From Octopus sinensis (Eukaryota), in contig NC_043009.1 in assembly GCF_006345805.1 (NCBI RefSeq), positions 15,438,001-15,502,000 of the forward strand: a stretch of 64,000 nt of DNA, written 5' to 3'. Under the pieces are notes generated by a model, which did not search any database, was not told where the DNA came from, and worked only from the letters and a program-made list of their open reading frames with translations. The position numbers and the translations under genes are program-made. Positions within the stretch are counted from its first letter, which is position 1, and the number at the start of each line of letters is the position of its first letter. Positions 24,671 to 37,500 of this stretch are shown here, in pieces.

Positions 24671-25285
24671 AAGGCGGTGAGCTGGCAGAAACGTGAGCAC
24701 GCCGGGCGAAATGCTTAGCGGTATGTCGTCTGCCGTTACGTTCTGAGTTCAAATTCGGCTGGGGTCGACTTTGCCTTTCATCCTTTCGGGGTCGATAAAT
24801 TTAGTACTAGTTGCGCACCGAGGCCGATGTAATCGGCTTAATCCCATTGTCTGTTCTTGTTTGTTCCCTCTATGTTTAGCCCCTTGTGGGCAATAAAGAA
24901 ATAAGAAACGTTAGCACGCCGGGTGAACTTCTTAACGATATTTCGTCTGCCGCTACGTTCTGAGTTCAAATTCCGCCGAGGTCGACTTTGCCTTTCATCC
25001 TTTCGGGGTCGATAAATTAAGTACAAGTTACGCAATGGGGTCGATGTAATCGACTTAATACGTTTATCTGTCCCTGTTTCTCCCCTCTGCGTTTATCGTC
25101 TTGTGGGTAGTAAAGAAATATGTATTTCATCTGTCTTTATGTTCTGAGTTCAAATTCCACCGTGGTCGACTATGCCTTTCAACGTTTCGGGGTCGATAAA
25201 TTAAGTACCAGTTGCGTACTTGTGTCGATCTAAACAACTGGCCCTTCCCCAAAAAAATTTTGGGTCTTATGCCTAGAGAAGAAAA
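24671..25285 (+). mobile_element. tRNA-derived SINE family 2, head-to-tail array of three units
   Basis: Unit 1 24671-24903 (aaggcggtgagctggcagaaacg..., B-box gagttcaaattc), unit 2 24904-25120, unit 3 25121-25285. All share ggtcgac(t)ttgcctttca..tttcggggtcgataaatt(a)agtac. Confidence 0.9.
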
Positions 25286-26152
25286 TATTATAATCACAGT
25301 TTCTAGTAACATAATGGACATAAGCTGGACTTGATTTGCCTAAAAAGATTATCCAGAGTGTCATTCGAGATATATTAACTTAAACAGGTGTACGAACAAT
25401 TACTGGTATAAACGTGAATTTATTATCAGTGAAGCGTTGAAAACCTATGTTTATTCTCCACTGATTTTGGAATATACACCCACATTTATAACGAAATATT
25501 TTCATGGTAACACTTTTGGGAAAGCTGCTGATCCCGTGTCATATCTAAGAGTAAGGGATATAAGTGAGATTTTGTTTCATTTCACCTTCATGGGTTTTAG
25601 TGTTTCATTCATATTTCTTTATTGGGCATATTATAGCTATACACGTTTCTTCGGTTATTAAAACATACTTTTCAAGATGGTACGATGTATGTGATCACGA
25701 ATTCAAGAGGCGTTACCCCTTATATTATCAGCATGCCAAATATTTCTGGAAATGTACGTGCTCATACCATTTGTGAGGTGTATATCGTGTTTCGTATTCA
25801 GATTTGTTAGTCATCCAATTCTACGTTCACACAGGCAGTTCTTTTAAGAGAATTCCTCTTGAATAGTTCACTGCAACTGAGGGAGATGGTAAGCTCTTCA
25901 ATTTCCGCGCATTTAAGTTTAATGCATTTATTGAGAAGATATGGCATTAACAAGCTTTCTACTAAGGTCTTGACTTCAAGTAATTATATACATACTCTGA
26001 ATATTTTTCTACCTGGAGTTGGGTACCAATTTTTATATCCGTCTATAGTTGTTGTGTAGGCATTTCAATTTTAAACCGACATGGTGTCTTGCCATTTAAG
26101 CACCTCATTCAGCTAAATTTTAATATTTTATTCATATATATATTCATATATA

Positions 26153-26310
26153 TATACGACGGGCTTATTTCAGTTTCCGTCTACCAAATCCACTCGCAAG
26201 GTTTTGTTCGGCTCAAGGACATAGTAGAAGAAATTTGCCCAATGTGCCACGCAGTGGGACTCAACCTGGAACCATGTGGTAATATAAGCTACTTACCACA
26301 TAGCCACATC
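26153..26310 (-). mobile_element. SINE family 1, 5' half
   Basis: gacgggcttatttcagtttccgtctaccaaatccactc...gccacgcagtgggactcaacctggaaccatgtgg...ctacttaccacatagccac. Confidence 0.85.
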
Positions 26311-26344
26311 TACGCGTATATACAATGTGACTGCGTGTGTACCG

Positions 26345-26519
26345 CTGGCGATTCTTTTCCTCTGTCTTCCCTTCTCTGGATCTTTCCTTCTCCTATGTTT
26401 CCGACGAAGAGCTCCGCTCGAAACGTTAGACCTTCCTTCTTTCCTGAGCGTCCAATAATACTATATTTGTTCCACGTCCTCGCGTTGTTGTGTTTTCTTG
26501 TGCCTTCATGCTTGGATTA

Positions 26520-26525
<6 letters not shown>
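26345..26525 (+). mobile_element. Solo PLE terminal repeat with hammerhead-like motif
   Basis: tcttttcctctgtcttcccttctctggatctttccttctcctatgtttccgacgaagagctccgctcgaaacgtt...cctgagcgtccaataata...ttggattaa(TA)n, homologous to 58040-58232. Confidence 0.75.
26397..26431 (+). ncRNA. Minimal type-I hammerhead ribozyme-like motif (family A)
   Basis: GUUU-CCGACGA-A-GAGC(UCC)GCUC-GAAAC-GUU-AGAC: core, 4-bp stem II, palindromic ACGU helix III, stem I GUUU/AGAC. Confidence 0.65.
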
Positions 26526-26576
<51 letters not shown>

Positions 26577-26583
26577 TATATAA

Positions 26584-26654
<71 letters not shown>

Positions 26655-26880
26655 TATATATATATATACATACATATATAAATTTATATATATATATATA
26701 TACATACATATATAAATTTATATATATATATATATACTTACATACATAAATATTTATATATATATACATACATACATATATACATACATATATACATATA
26801 TAAATATATATATATATACACATATCTGTGAGTATGTATTCATGAATGCATATATGTGTGTATGTATATGTGCGTGGGTG
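26520..26880. repeat. Compound (TA)n-rich microsatellite
   Basis: Direct reading. Confidence 0.9.
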
Positions 26881-27699
26881 CACCTGGTATGAGTATTATT
26901 ATAATTATTATCGCTTATTTGTTAATGGACATATCACTTTCTTTTTATTTTTTCCGAATGCGCTCCATCTTTGCCTTTTAGACCTTTTCTCAAGACAGAC
27001 ATTTCCGTAAACATGTCTCCATTATTTCACATAATGCTCTTGCAGTTTTTTATTTACATTCAAGTCATTGAGAGTGAGTTAGGAAAATAAATATTGCAGA
27101 GAAAAAATGACAAAAACCAAAATAAATATTTTCTCTGAAAATATTGAATCGGTTGACAGTTATACAATACATAGTTTAACAGATGTAAAAACATTTGTAA
27201 CGTTTTCATCCACACGCAGAGAAGTAAATTATAATCTGGGCAAATATTTGTATAAACTTTATTGTTGATCAGACTCTCTCGAATATGAATGGAATATTTA
27301 CCTATAATATTGCCAGTAAACTAAAGTATATTTATATTTGCTATTGCTCGAACATATACTATCTCACCAGACAATATATAAAACGTATTTCTTTGTGAGT
27401 GTTTGCTTATGTATATTGCACATGCAAGACATATCCAAGGGGCATTTTAAAATGGAAATATCGTAGCAATGTCTTAATATAGGAATGATTTATGAATTAG
27501 TTTGAGAGAAAATACTTTGAACCGAATAACTATCAGATATAATGCTCTTTTCTAAGAAAGTGTTTATTCAGAATAAATGAGACAATGTCGAAGAAAATTT
27601 TCAGGGCTTCCACAAATTTGCAAGTGGTGAATCAGATGCTAAACAAGCGATTTCAATCTTTGAAAGGAATCAAAATGAATGAAGTAATGTTCAAACGAG

Positions 27700-27895
27700 T
27701 AATCTATAAAGTTTACCACGGAAGAACCAGAGCGGGCCGTACAACAGGCTTCCACACAGTATTCTCAAACACATTTCCCTTACAAGATGTTAGCCAAGGC
27801 AATTTTATAGTAAAAGCATTTTGTCGATAATGCCAGTTAAGGGAATCGAACCCGAAGCAATATAACTGCAAATAGAACGTCTTAGCTCATGGTTG
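27700..27895 (-). mobile_element. Probable tRNA-derived SINE remnant
   Basis: Minus strand carries a perfect B-box ggttcgattcc (plus ggaatcgaacc at ~27843-27853) in a tRNA-like context. Confidence 0.4.
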
Positions 27896-28899
27896 TAATC
27901 ATTGCAATAGGCATAGAGTACGAGACAATGATTCCCGCCGAACAACCTTAGCCATTAGAAAATATTCTGTAATATCTCCACTTGACAATGACTACTTTAT
28001 TAGGAAGTATAATTATTGTTTTAACAGTTATACTTGTTCATGTAACTGAATATTTTATAATATAACATAAATATTTGTAGAATATAAAGTTAGAAATAAA
28101 ATCCGTACAGAACACCCAGATGCGATATTTGTTCGACTTCCCTAAATCTCTAAATTATTTCATAGTCCTCTTTCAATATAATTCAGAATTGTTTTTCTGA
28201 AACCATCCTTACTCCCATATGGGATTTTAGAAGGATGTTTAGCGCCTAGCTGTCATCTTAATAATTGATTATCATTTGAGATAAAACATTGCTTTTAATT
28301 TCCTTCATTTACAAATGTTTATTGTTTCAAGAAAGGAATAAAACTATCGATATATCAAAGGCCTTTATTTCCTTAGCTCCTTTGAAAAGAGCATTTATAT
28401 ATGTTCATTATACTGGTTAACAAAGATTGATATGGCACGGACAAAAGAGTGATTAATCATGATTTTAAAATTGCTTTCGGTTTCCCAAAAGCATGTATAG
28501 CATTTGAGAGAATATAACTATTTTTTAAATTTATGTTTGAAATATTTTGTACTATTCTAAATATTTGCTCAGGTAGTTACTATTTGTTCAACATGTCTTG
28601 TGAATGTTAAAATCATCCAATATTTTTGATAAGCATTTAACAATTGCGTGGCAAAAATGTCATGCTATCATGAAAATATGAAATCATACCATTTATTCAT
28701 TGGTTGTCATACAGCTGATCACCGCCGCAAGTAGCAAATCTGTTTTGCTTGCTTGAGAGAAGTTCATGACTGAACAAAAGAAAATCAACGTTTATTTTGT
28801 GTGTTATTTATGGTATGGAGATAATAAAAAATTGCTTTATACAGACTGTTTTTGCAACGTAAGGATTATCTTCGATACTTTTTTCTCAAAAGGCCGTTT

Positions 28900-29140
28900 G
28901 CTTTTATACACTTTCACTAAACCTCCTCTGATGTGTGGAATTTGGTGAATGAGGGAGATTGATATTGCTTGCCTCATCCCGTGTTTCTTTCATCGAGGTA
29001 GGGTCATCCGGAACTCTTGGACAAAATGAGATCCAGTTTTGTTTTGAAGGTGCACATTTAATTTTCTCAAAACGATGGACGAATATCTATTGGTGGGGAT
29101 GATTGGCTTTCTATAGATCTTCCAAATATATCCCATAAAA
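28900..29140 (-). mobile_element. CR1/L2-like LINE 3' fragment
   Basis: Minus strand accttcaaaacaaaactggatctcattttgtccaagagttccggatgaccct reads TFKTKLD(L)..SRVPDDP with one frameshift, resembling the FKxKLDxFLxxVPDEP terminus. Confidence 0.5.
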
Positions 29141-30807
29141 ATTTTAACAAAGTTTATTTATTCAAAAAGCTTTCACTAAACTTCATAGGAAGGTTATACT
29201 TTTGCATTCAGAAAACAGAACTTATCGCCTCAAAAGGGAAGAAGTTACTTTATTTGATTCAGCTCTTCCTGTGATTCGTCACAGAAAGCGAAATATACTT
29301 ATTTTAATTCATTAAGAAATATTGCAGTATTTGATCCACTCTAGTGTTGCAGTAACCTCACTATAATATCCACAAGCTTTTCTCCGAATTGTGTATCTTC
29401 TGACTGACGGCTCTCTATTGAAAATCGCTAACAATATGAAAAGCAATTCTGCTGCGAAATAGGGATGTAAATGGGATATATGATGACATGCATATTCTGC
29501 AGAATACATTCAAAACGTATTCACCAATGTAGAAATCTCAAAGTTACTGACATGCTAACGGTCACGCAGCATTGCTTTTACGTGTATATCCAGAGCAGTT
29601 GTGCTCTTCCTGGTCATTCCAGTGAACCTGCATATCTACTGAAGCCGATATATATCCTTAAAATGTACAGTCGATCCAAGTATTTCTGTCATCCCTACAT
29701 ACTAAATATAGTTGAATGTGATATGTTATTTCAGCAATTTGTAGATCCAGGCCAAGTGGGTTACAGTACCTTTATAGATATATCCATATAAGGAGAGGGA
29801 AACTTTAAAGGATGGAAATTTATAGGACTGCAAACCACGGAGATTTGTATAGATACTTGAATTACCAAAAACGAAAAACAACGCACTTTTCAAATAAAAC
29901 GTAAAAGGCTTTTAAGTATTAATGTGAAAACATTCTGCAAGTGCATAAGGTCCATAGTTATATAAAGAATGGACTTCCGTTAAATATACCCTGTCAATAA
30001 ATGTAGTCGTTCTATATTCGCATGTAGATTACTTTCCCGAAAATATTAGTGATGACATGAAAATGTTAGTGAAGATGTACAAAGAAGTCAAAGTTTTTCA
30101 CACAATATATTATTATATATAGCCAGGCCTATTCCCCACTTTCCATTCATTTCCGAGCTCAAAAGGTCGAGCCCAGGTCTTTGCTTGCGTCAAGGCATAG
30201 AACTCAACCCTAAATAGCAACAGCAGGGCTCGACATCATACGCCAGTTTACAATTAATTAACAAGATATATTTCGTGATAAATACAGAGAAATTGATTTT
30301 GATTGAATTCCTATATCGGTGCATTAAATTCTACGTTTTTGATAAAAAATTGTTTTATCGAAACAAATCTTAACTGGTTTCTTCGGCAGAATATACTTAT
30401 TATATTCTTCGTGTTTGGCAGGGGAAAACTTTCTTAAATGTAGTCATACTTTTTTCTCGTCCGTCCAATTTTTACACTCTTTTTGGAGATTTCTTCGTAT
30501 TTTCGAAAATATGCACAGAAGGAAATCTCTTCTTCTAGGTTATAAGCTGAATTCTTCAACTGAGTTTGCTACGCTGTCTGGAGAGTGCGAACCTGAAATA
30601 TTTTCAGACTTCACCCTTAAATCCAGCAACTGTTGATTTTGTTGTTGCTGTTGTAGATGATCCAGCAACTGTTGATTTTAGTTGCTGCTTTTGCTGTGTT
30701 AACTTTGTCCTGTTTTCCATTTTTTCTCGTTTACGCATTTCACACATTTTGTCCTGTAATTACTATCCACGTTTTGTACGGGACGTATCCATTTCCAATT
30801 AAGTTTA

Positions 30808-30827
30808 TTTATATACACACACACACA

Positions 30828-30884
<57 letters not shown>

Positions 30885-30917
30885 CCGTGTGTATATTTGC
30901 GTGCGTGTATGTGTGTG

Positions 30918-30956
<39 letters not shown>

Positions 30957-31062
30957 AAATTATATTTATATATATACATATATACATATATGTATATATA
31001 TGTATATATATGTATATATGTATATATATGTATATATATGTATATATATGTATATATATGTA

Positions 31063-31110
<48 letters not shown>

Positions 31111-31115
31111 CATAT
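30808..31115. repeat. Compound (CA)/(TA)/(TATG) microsatellite
   Basis: Direct reading. Confidence 0.9.
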
Positions 31116-34100
31116 TTATTAAAGTTGCAAAAACATTATTTAAAATATCACAGAAAACGGCTACTTAGATTTTCACGTTCTCGTTCGTCGAACGGCCGAA
31201 GAACGGGAACGTGAAACTGTGAGTAAAGGATTTTGTTTGTTTCTCTGTCTACGAATTTTCACTTTACGAACGTTCTCCGCGAACAAATTAACTCGTATTT
31301 CAAGTCATTATTGTATACACACACACGCACACACGCACACTCACATACACACACATACTCACACACACACATACTCACACACACACCCACACACTCACAC
31401 ACACAGAGTCCTACTATAGTACAAGGAATAGACGGAAACCGTTTCAGTAATTTCGAATTAACGCTCTTTAGTAGGCCAACTAAATGAATTACATTATAAA
31501 GTGCAATATAAGGAAAGAAATCAGAGTTAGTAAATTAATATCCTATTGTTGTAGTTTTAATTGAATGTCGTCGTCATGCGATCCGAAATTGATGTTTTTG
31601 TTGCATTATTTCGTTGATTTATTTCTTTTCGGTGTTGGTGGGAGTGAAAACTTCTACTGAATAGCAATTCAAAAGAATTAATTAGTCAGTAATTTCAAGA
31701 AAGTGACGGAAGCATCATTCAAGAATTGTATAGTGAATGCGGCAGCAGCTCATGTCATAATATTTAATTTAGTTAACCTATTTGTAGTTTGAAGAGTAAG
31801 TACTCTCGAATAATCATTAAAAAAATACACTCATACGTGCACATACAAACATACATACATACAAACATAAATACAAACATACATACATACAAACATAGAT
31901 ACATATATATATGTGTGTATACATACAAGGCATATGCGAATAGGCACACACTTGCACGCGTTCACGTGAGACATTTGGGTAAATTACTGTTTTTTTATGC
32001 CTTCTGTTAAACAAGGCCATCCGCAAACAATATGTTCAATGAAGAAATTAGGCCAATGAAGAAGTTCTATGACTCAACGACAAATGTTATTGCATCACTT
32101 GTCAGCAATAGATTTTGAATCTGATACTTGGAAAGTATTATTACCTTTAAGGAACAAAAGAGTAACAAAAGCGAGAGAAACGGTTGCCTGTTTCTGTAAC
32201 AGATTTAGTAAATAAGCATTCAGCGTATAGCATTCTTGATGATCTAATTTCCTCAGAAATTCCCTTTAACATAAGATTTTATGTACATGGGTTTTGTGTG
32301 TGTGCGTGTGTGTGTGTGTGTGTGCCTTCCCGCTTTTGCGTGAGTGAATGTGTCTTCTCACTTTTGTGTGTGTGTATTTGTGGGTACGTGTATATTCTTA
32401 CATGTATTTCTATGTTTTATTCTACGCGTATAAGCGTCTACTTATATGATTTATATGTTTGAGTTTGTGTAATACATATTAGTTTTGTATTAATATCGAT
32501 TTTTTAGTGCATGCATGATATTAGTATCATGAATTGATATGCTAAGTGCTGTACGAGATAACTTTCTTATATGAAAGTCTTTTACGTACAATAAGCAAAG
32601 TTCGTAGCATATTTTGTTTTGCCATTGTTTAATTGTATATTTTTAAACTGTTTTAATATAATAAAGTGCATTATTGTTTATTTGGATCTTATTTTATAGA
32701 CCAATCGTACAAATCATATTGTTTTTTACGGTTTTTGCTCTTATAGTTTCCATCGTAGTTATTCATTTGCATGTTCTTTTTACTGACATACTTTTGTCAT
32801 CGCTTACAGGAACATTGTGTTTGCGAGCGAGATGCTTTTTTTGTCAGGGTACATATGGTTTCCTTCTGTCTTGGTTATCTAAATAAAAAAAACACATATT
32901 TTTTACCTAGTCAATCACTTTTTGAGCATACAGTGTATATGATCAGAAAAATATACATGGCCTATACCTATCAGCCTCAGAGTGGCGCTTAGAGAATCCA
33001 GCAATTAACTCTCTCGTGCCATATTGCCAATCTCTCTTTCATCTAAGTTGCAGTTTCGTAATTAAATTTTTATATGCTTTATATACATAAGGATGTGTAT
33101 GAGTGATTTCTCTTATGTATATTATTCATACATAGAATAAATATTTTATATATAGAAAAAGTGTTTTGTAGTCTTTTGTATCGGATTTGTTATCACTCAA
33201 TTCCGTAAATATGAATATGAGATTTTCAAAAGAAAGCATTGGAGGAGGAGAAATGAGTGTTTCCTAAAACCCTCTATGATATGAGCATGATTCGTTTTTA
33301 TTCTCTTTGTCATGCAGTTTTATTGAAGCATCTTGTAGTTAGTATCATAATTCACGTTTCATTTACACTGCAAAAGCTTTTTATTAACGTGTCCATGCCA
33401 TATTCAGATGAATGTTTTGCTTTTCGATATCTTGGATAACCACTCAATTTGATAATTGCAATATATTAAAACCACACAGTGCTTCCTGGCGTTTGTTCTG
33501 TTCATATACTGAATTGTCGTTGGATTTCAGCTCAAGGTAAAATGAAATATACAAATACGTCAGACGTTTGTGCAATTTTGATATACATGCTTTTGGTATA
33601 TAGCGTGCAGCATCACCGAATTTAGCCTTTTGGAATTAATGTTATGTTCCCGTTTGCTAAACGGTACCTATTTTAATTTCTTTAATAATTCATTGTATAT
33701 AAACAGCTTAAGTGTATTTTCATCAAACGAATATTCTAGTTGTTTGATCACCAGATTAGAATATCTAATTCTTCCAGAGTTATATCATAAAACAACATGC
33801 ATTTCGTTTTGTGAACATATTCTATGTTCGTTTTGTAAATCAATGCTTATTATTACTCAGAACATTATCCTTCTTTAAAATATCAATGATTTGTTTTCAT
33901 TTTGTACTTGATATCTTCGTTTTAAAGAACCAATATTCAATGTTATCTTCTTTTATTTTCTTATTTTATTTTTATTTTCTTTTACATTGATATCCCGATA
34001 AATAATTTTACTCTTTACATCAGATATATGTTGTTTTCTGGTGTATCAAAATATATAAAAGGATAAGAAAAAGCACTCCACATTCCTAGTCTTCGCATTT

Positions 34101-34394
34101 GGCCACTTCCGGATTGCATAAATTATTTCGTTGTCTTTGCGATTAATATTCTTCTTCCTTTCACATCATACATTGGCTCATCCCATAAATAATGAGGTTT
34201 TTTAATTGCTTGAACCAAAACTCGGAAGGGAACGAGATACTCTACCTACATCAACTTACTATAAAAGCAGGGAGTAATTTTACCTTGTACCTATTCTTAG
34301 CTCCGGCAGAGGTGGTGGTGGCGAACCCTGCTGTACTCTTTCACCACAACTTTCTCTCACACTTTCTGTTTCTGCTGCACCTGTATTTTAAAGA

Positions 34395-34558
34395 GCCAGC
34401 CTTGTCACACTTTGCGTCACGCTAAATCTCCCCGAGAACTACGTTAAGGGTACACGTCTCTGTGGAGTGCTCAGCCACTTGCAGGTTAATTTCACGAGCA
34501 GGCCGTTCCGTTGATCGAATCAACTGGTACCATCGTCGTCATAACCCACGGGGTGCCA
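34395..34558 (+). mobile_element. SINE family 3, 3' half
   Basis: gccagccttgtcacactttgcgtcacg...ttaatttcacgagcaggccgttccgttgat...tcgtcgtcataacc, homologous to 62390-62540. Confidence 0.8.
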
Positions 34559-37500
34559 TTTTTTTTTTTTTTGCAGGTTTGCTTGAATCCATATATAATG
34601 ACTTAATCATGCACGCACACATACCCACACGCATACATACACACAAATAGCAGAAAATTCATTACAGTTTATGTCTGACATAAAACCTCTTATAGATGTG
34701 CTGCGTTTAAAAACCTTATATATCGGAGGGACGAAAGACACTCCCAGCAGCTGTCGGCAAAAGTATCATATGAATTTCTGCTTTGTTCGGCCTTGTCAAA
34801 TACGCAATAATTGCTTGTCATCTGTGTATATACTTTACTTGTAATACTTAGGTGGTTATATTAATTACTACGGCTTCGATTGCATACATCTTATTTATTC
34901 AGAGGTATGGTTATTTTCTATACTAGTGTATGTATTATGTACTGATTCCCATGTCAGAATTGATGAATAACTTCCAGGCTTGTGGCTGGTTGATAAATCT
35001 ATCTGGCATTCTCACTAGCCTCTACAGGGCTGGATTTTTCGCCTCTATCCAACATATTTTGCGACTTTTAAAGACAGCAAACACACAGAAGACTTGGTCC
35101 CGACAGAAAACCCAATATCTTGCATGTCAACATTATGCCTGATACATAGATGGTTATTTTTATTTAATATTGCTTCACTTTAGGAAACCAGATTATTTAT
35201 TCAGCCTTGCCGCCTAATTGCAATGCCAATGAATGTATTACTCCCTGTTCCTTATAGTAAAGGCAATGAATCTCTTATAGGCATGTAGCTGACTGCGGTT
35301 ATACATAACTGACAAGGCCCAACAAGGTCTCAATGAAACTGGCGTTTCGCTAACTGCGTGTGAGTTTCTGTTTCGCATACTGTGATTTTTAGCATAGATC
35401 GCCTATACAAGATTTTATCTTGGAGGAAAATCACAATAACGTGCCTGCTAAATATGTATGTACGTTAAAAGTGCATCAACAGTGTACAGAGGGCTATTAA
35501 ACACCTGATTTGCAAAGAGACTAAACAATATAATTTGTAAATTTCAGTGCCGGATTTTGAGGAATAGTTAGATCTTAAGTTTCGCTCGGGACCGTCTTTT
35601 AACGAATTATAATGCTGTGTTATAAGAGCTAATCTGCTACGTGAACAGGTGTTTCTAGTGATTCATTTTTGTGCCGTTGAGGTTTAGATATTCACTATGG
35701 TGTTGGAGTGAACTCTTTTATTTCATTTTCAAAGATTGTCGATGTTCAACATTTGCATGTATGGTTGTTCTACCACATTTCGTAAGCTGTGTTGCTCTTC
35801 CCCTGCATAAATTAGGTGAGTTAGCGTATTTATTTCTTCTGTCCAGTATTTCTAGTATTGCGTGAAGTCAGGAGCACAAATGTTTGTGTGATGATAATGA
35901 ATCATATGGATTAACTCCATTTGGGGATTGCCTGTTATTTGACGATGCCTCTTGTTTCTTGACTTAGCACCTTAACTGTTTGTTGTATTAATTGTAATCG
36001 ATACAGTTTCCGGTATTTGTAGAATCCAGCCTTTGCTGTTGTGTTTATTGCTTAACTTGCGTTTCTGTGTTTATAGTGATGGCCTTCTAGTTTCATGTAT
36101 TTACTTTTCGTGAGCTATTCCATTTCTGTAACAAATACTGCTTCGATGTTGAGTATTCGTTTGCAAACACCCCCCCCCCCAATATACTTCAATTTAACAT
36201 TTGTATGACACTGCACATCCTTTGCGATCGATTTTGTGAAATTGTAATCTGTAATATAATTTCCTATGTAAGAATGGTGAATTCTTACTTCGATAGAATG
36301 TTTTCTTCGTCAGAGTTAAAAAAAGAAAGTATCAGCTACTTCGATCTTGGCTCGGCAAAGGGTGGGTTAAATTCAGGAAATGATGAATAATAACTAAGTT
36401 CATTTACATGTGTAGAGGTAAATCTGATCTCTGTTTGCAAGCAGCGGGCAAGTTTGGACAGAAAATAGTATCTATTAGACCCCATGAATATCTTTTATAA
36501 TATAGTTTAAGGTGCAATGCTGATACCTATTGTCTTTTTAATCCTTGTTTCTTCATCGGCTGTGATTTCCCCCTGGAAGACGCTTGCCGTAATAATAGAA
36601 GGTGGAAAATGTTGTTTGGTAGAACACTTTGAAGGAGTATCACTTTTGACACTCATGTTTTACGTTCCAATATGAATGCACTGATCTGCCAGTATGACAT
36701 GCTTAATAAATCCTGGAATGACTGGAATTGATTCCACTACAATTTGTTTTCTGGTTCACTATTATCCTTAGTGTTGATTTCCTTTAACTTGGTTCATGTT
36801 TTTTATATGTATTTACTTTAATCAATTTAGCTCTTCACTTTTTGCAAATATTTCACGTCATGCATAATAGAAAAGCAACCAAATTTCTTTCAATAAAAAA
36901 ACTTTCGTTATAATTACTTTCACGAAGAATAACGTACACTTATCGCAATAACCAGAAGATCGTGAGAAAATACCAATTTTGCAGTTCATATTTTACAGCC
37001 CTCTTGACATACCTTTAAATAATTATGCCATCACCTGGAGAATGATTATCTTCCAGTAATTGTTATCCATTTCTGAATTGGTTCTCTGGATTTTATTTAA
37101 TTATTTATTCTTTTGTTTTCCCGTCTCAGTGTTCCTTTCGGTGCCGTGGTTTGTATTAAATTCATTTTCTGGACATAACACAATTTACACCAGGTCACGA
37201 TTACACTTTTGCGTCTGTCTTTGCAGATAGAGGAATATCCCCCGTAATTTACGCCGAGAAAAGCATCGTCATATTTATATTTGCTACTCTCGCAAGAGAG
37301 GGATATTGCATTATATACACATGTGTGTGTCTGTACGTCAGTATGTGTATGTATGTGTTTGCGTGTCTGTGTGTGTACAGAGAGTGACTGACATACAAAC
37401 CTACAGACAGGAAAACTGACTGAATAAGAAATCCATACGCCTAAGTATGGGCAAGGAAATACTTCAGTGTATAATTATAAAAACCTACAATGTTAACGTG

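Noticed and set aside
24671-25285. CRISPR-like appearance of repeated units
   Set aside because: Units are ~200-bp SINE bodies with Pol III boxes, not short repeats with unique spacers; no cas genes; eukaryotic context.
31170-31215. GAA/TTC-rich stretch as a heat-shock element
   Set aside because: Spacing does not fit alternating nGAAn pentamers.
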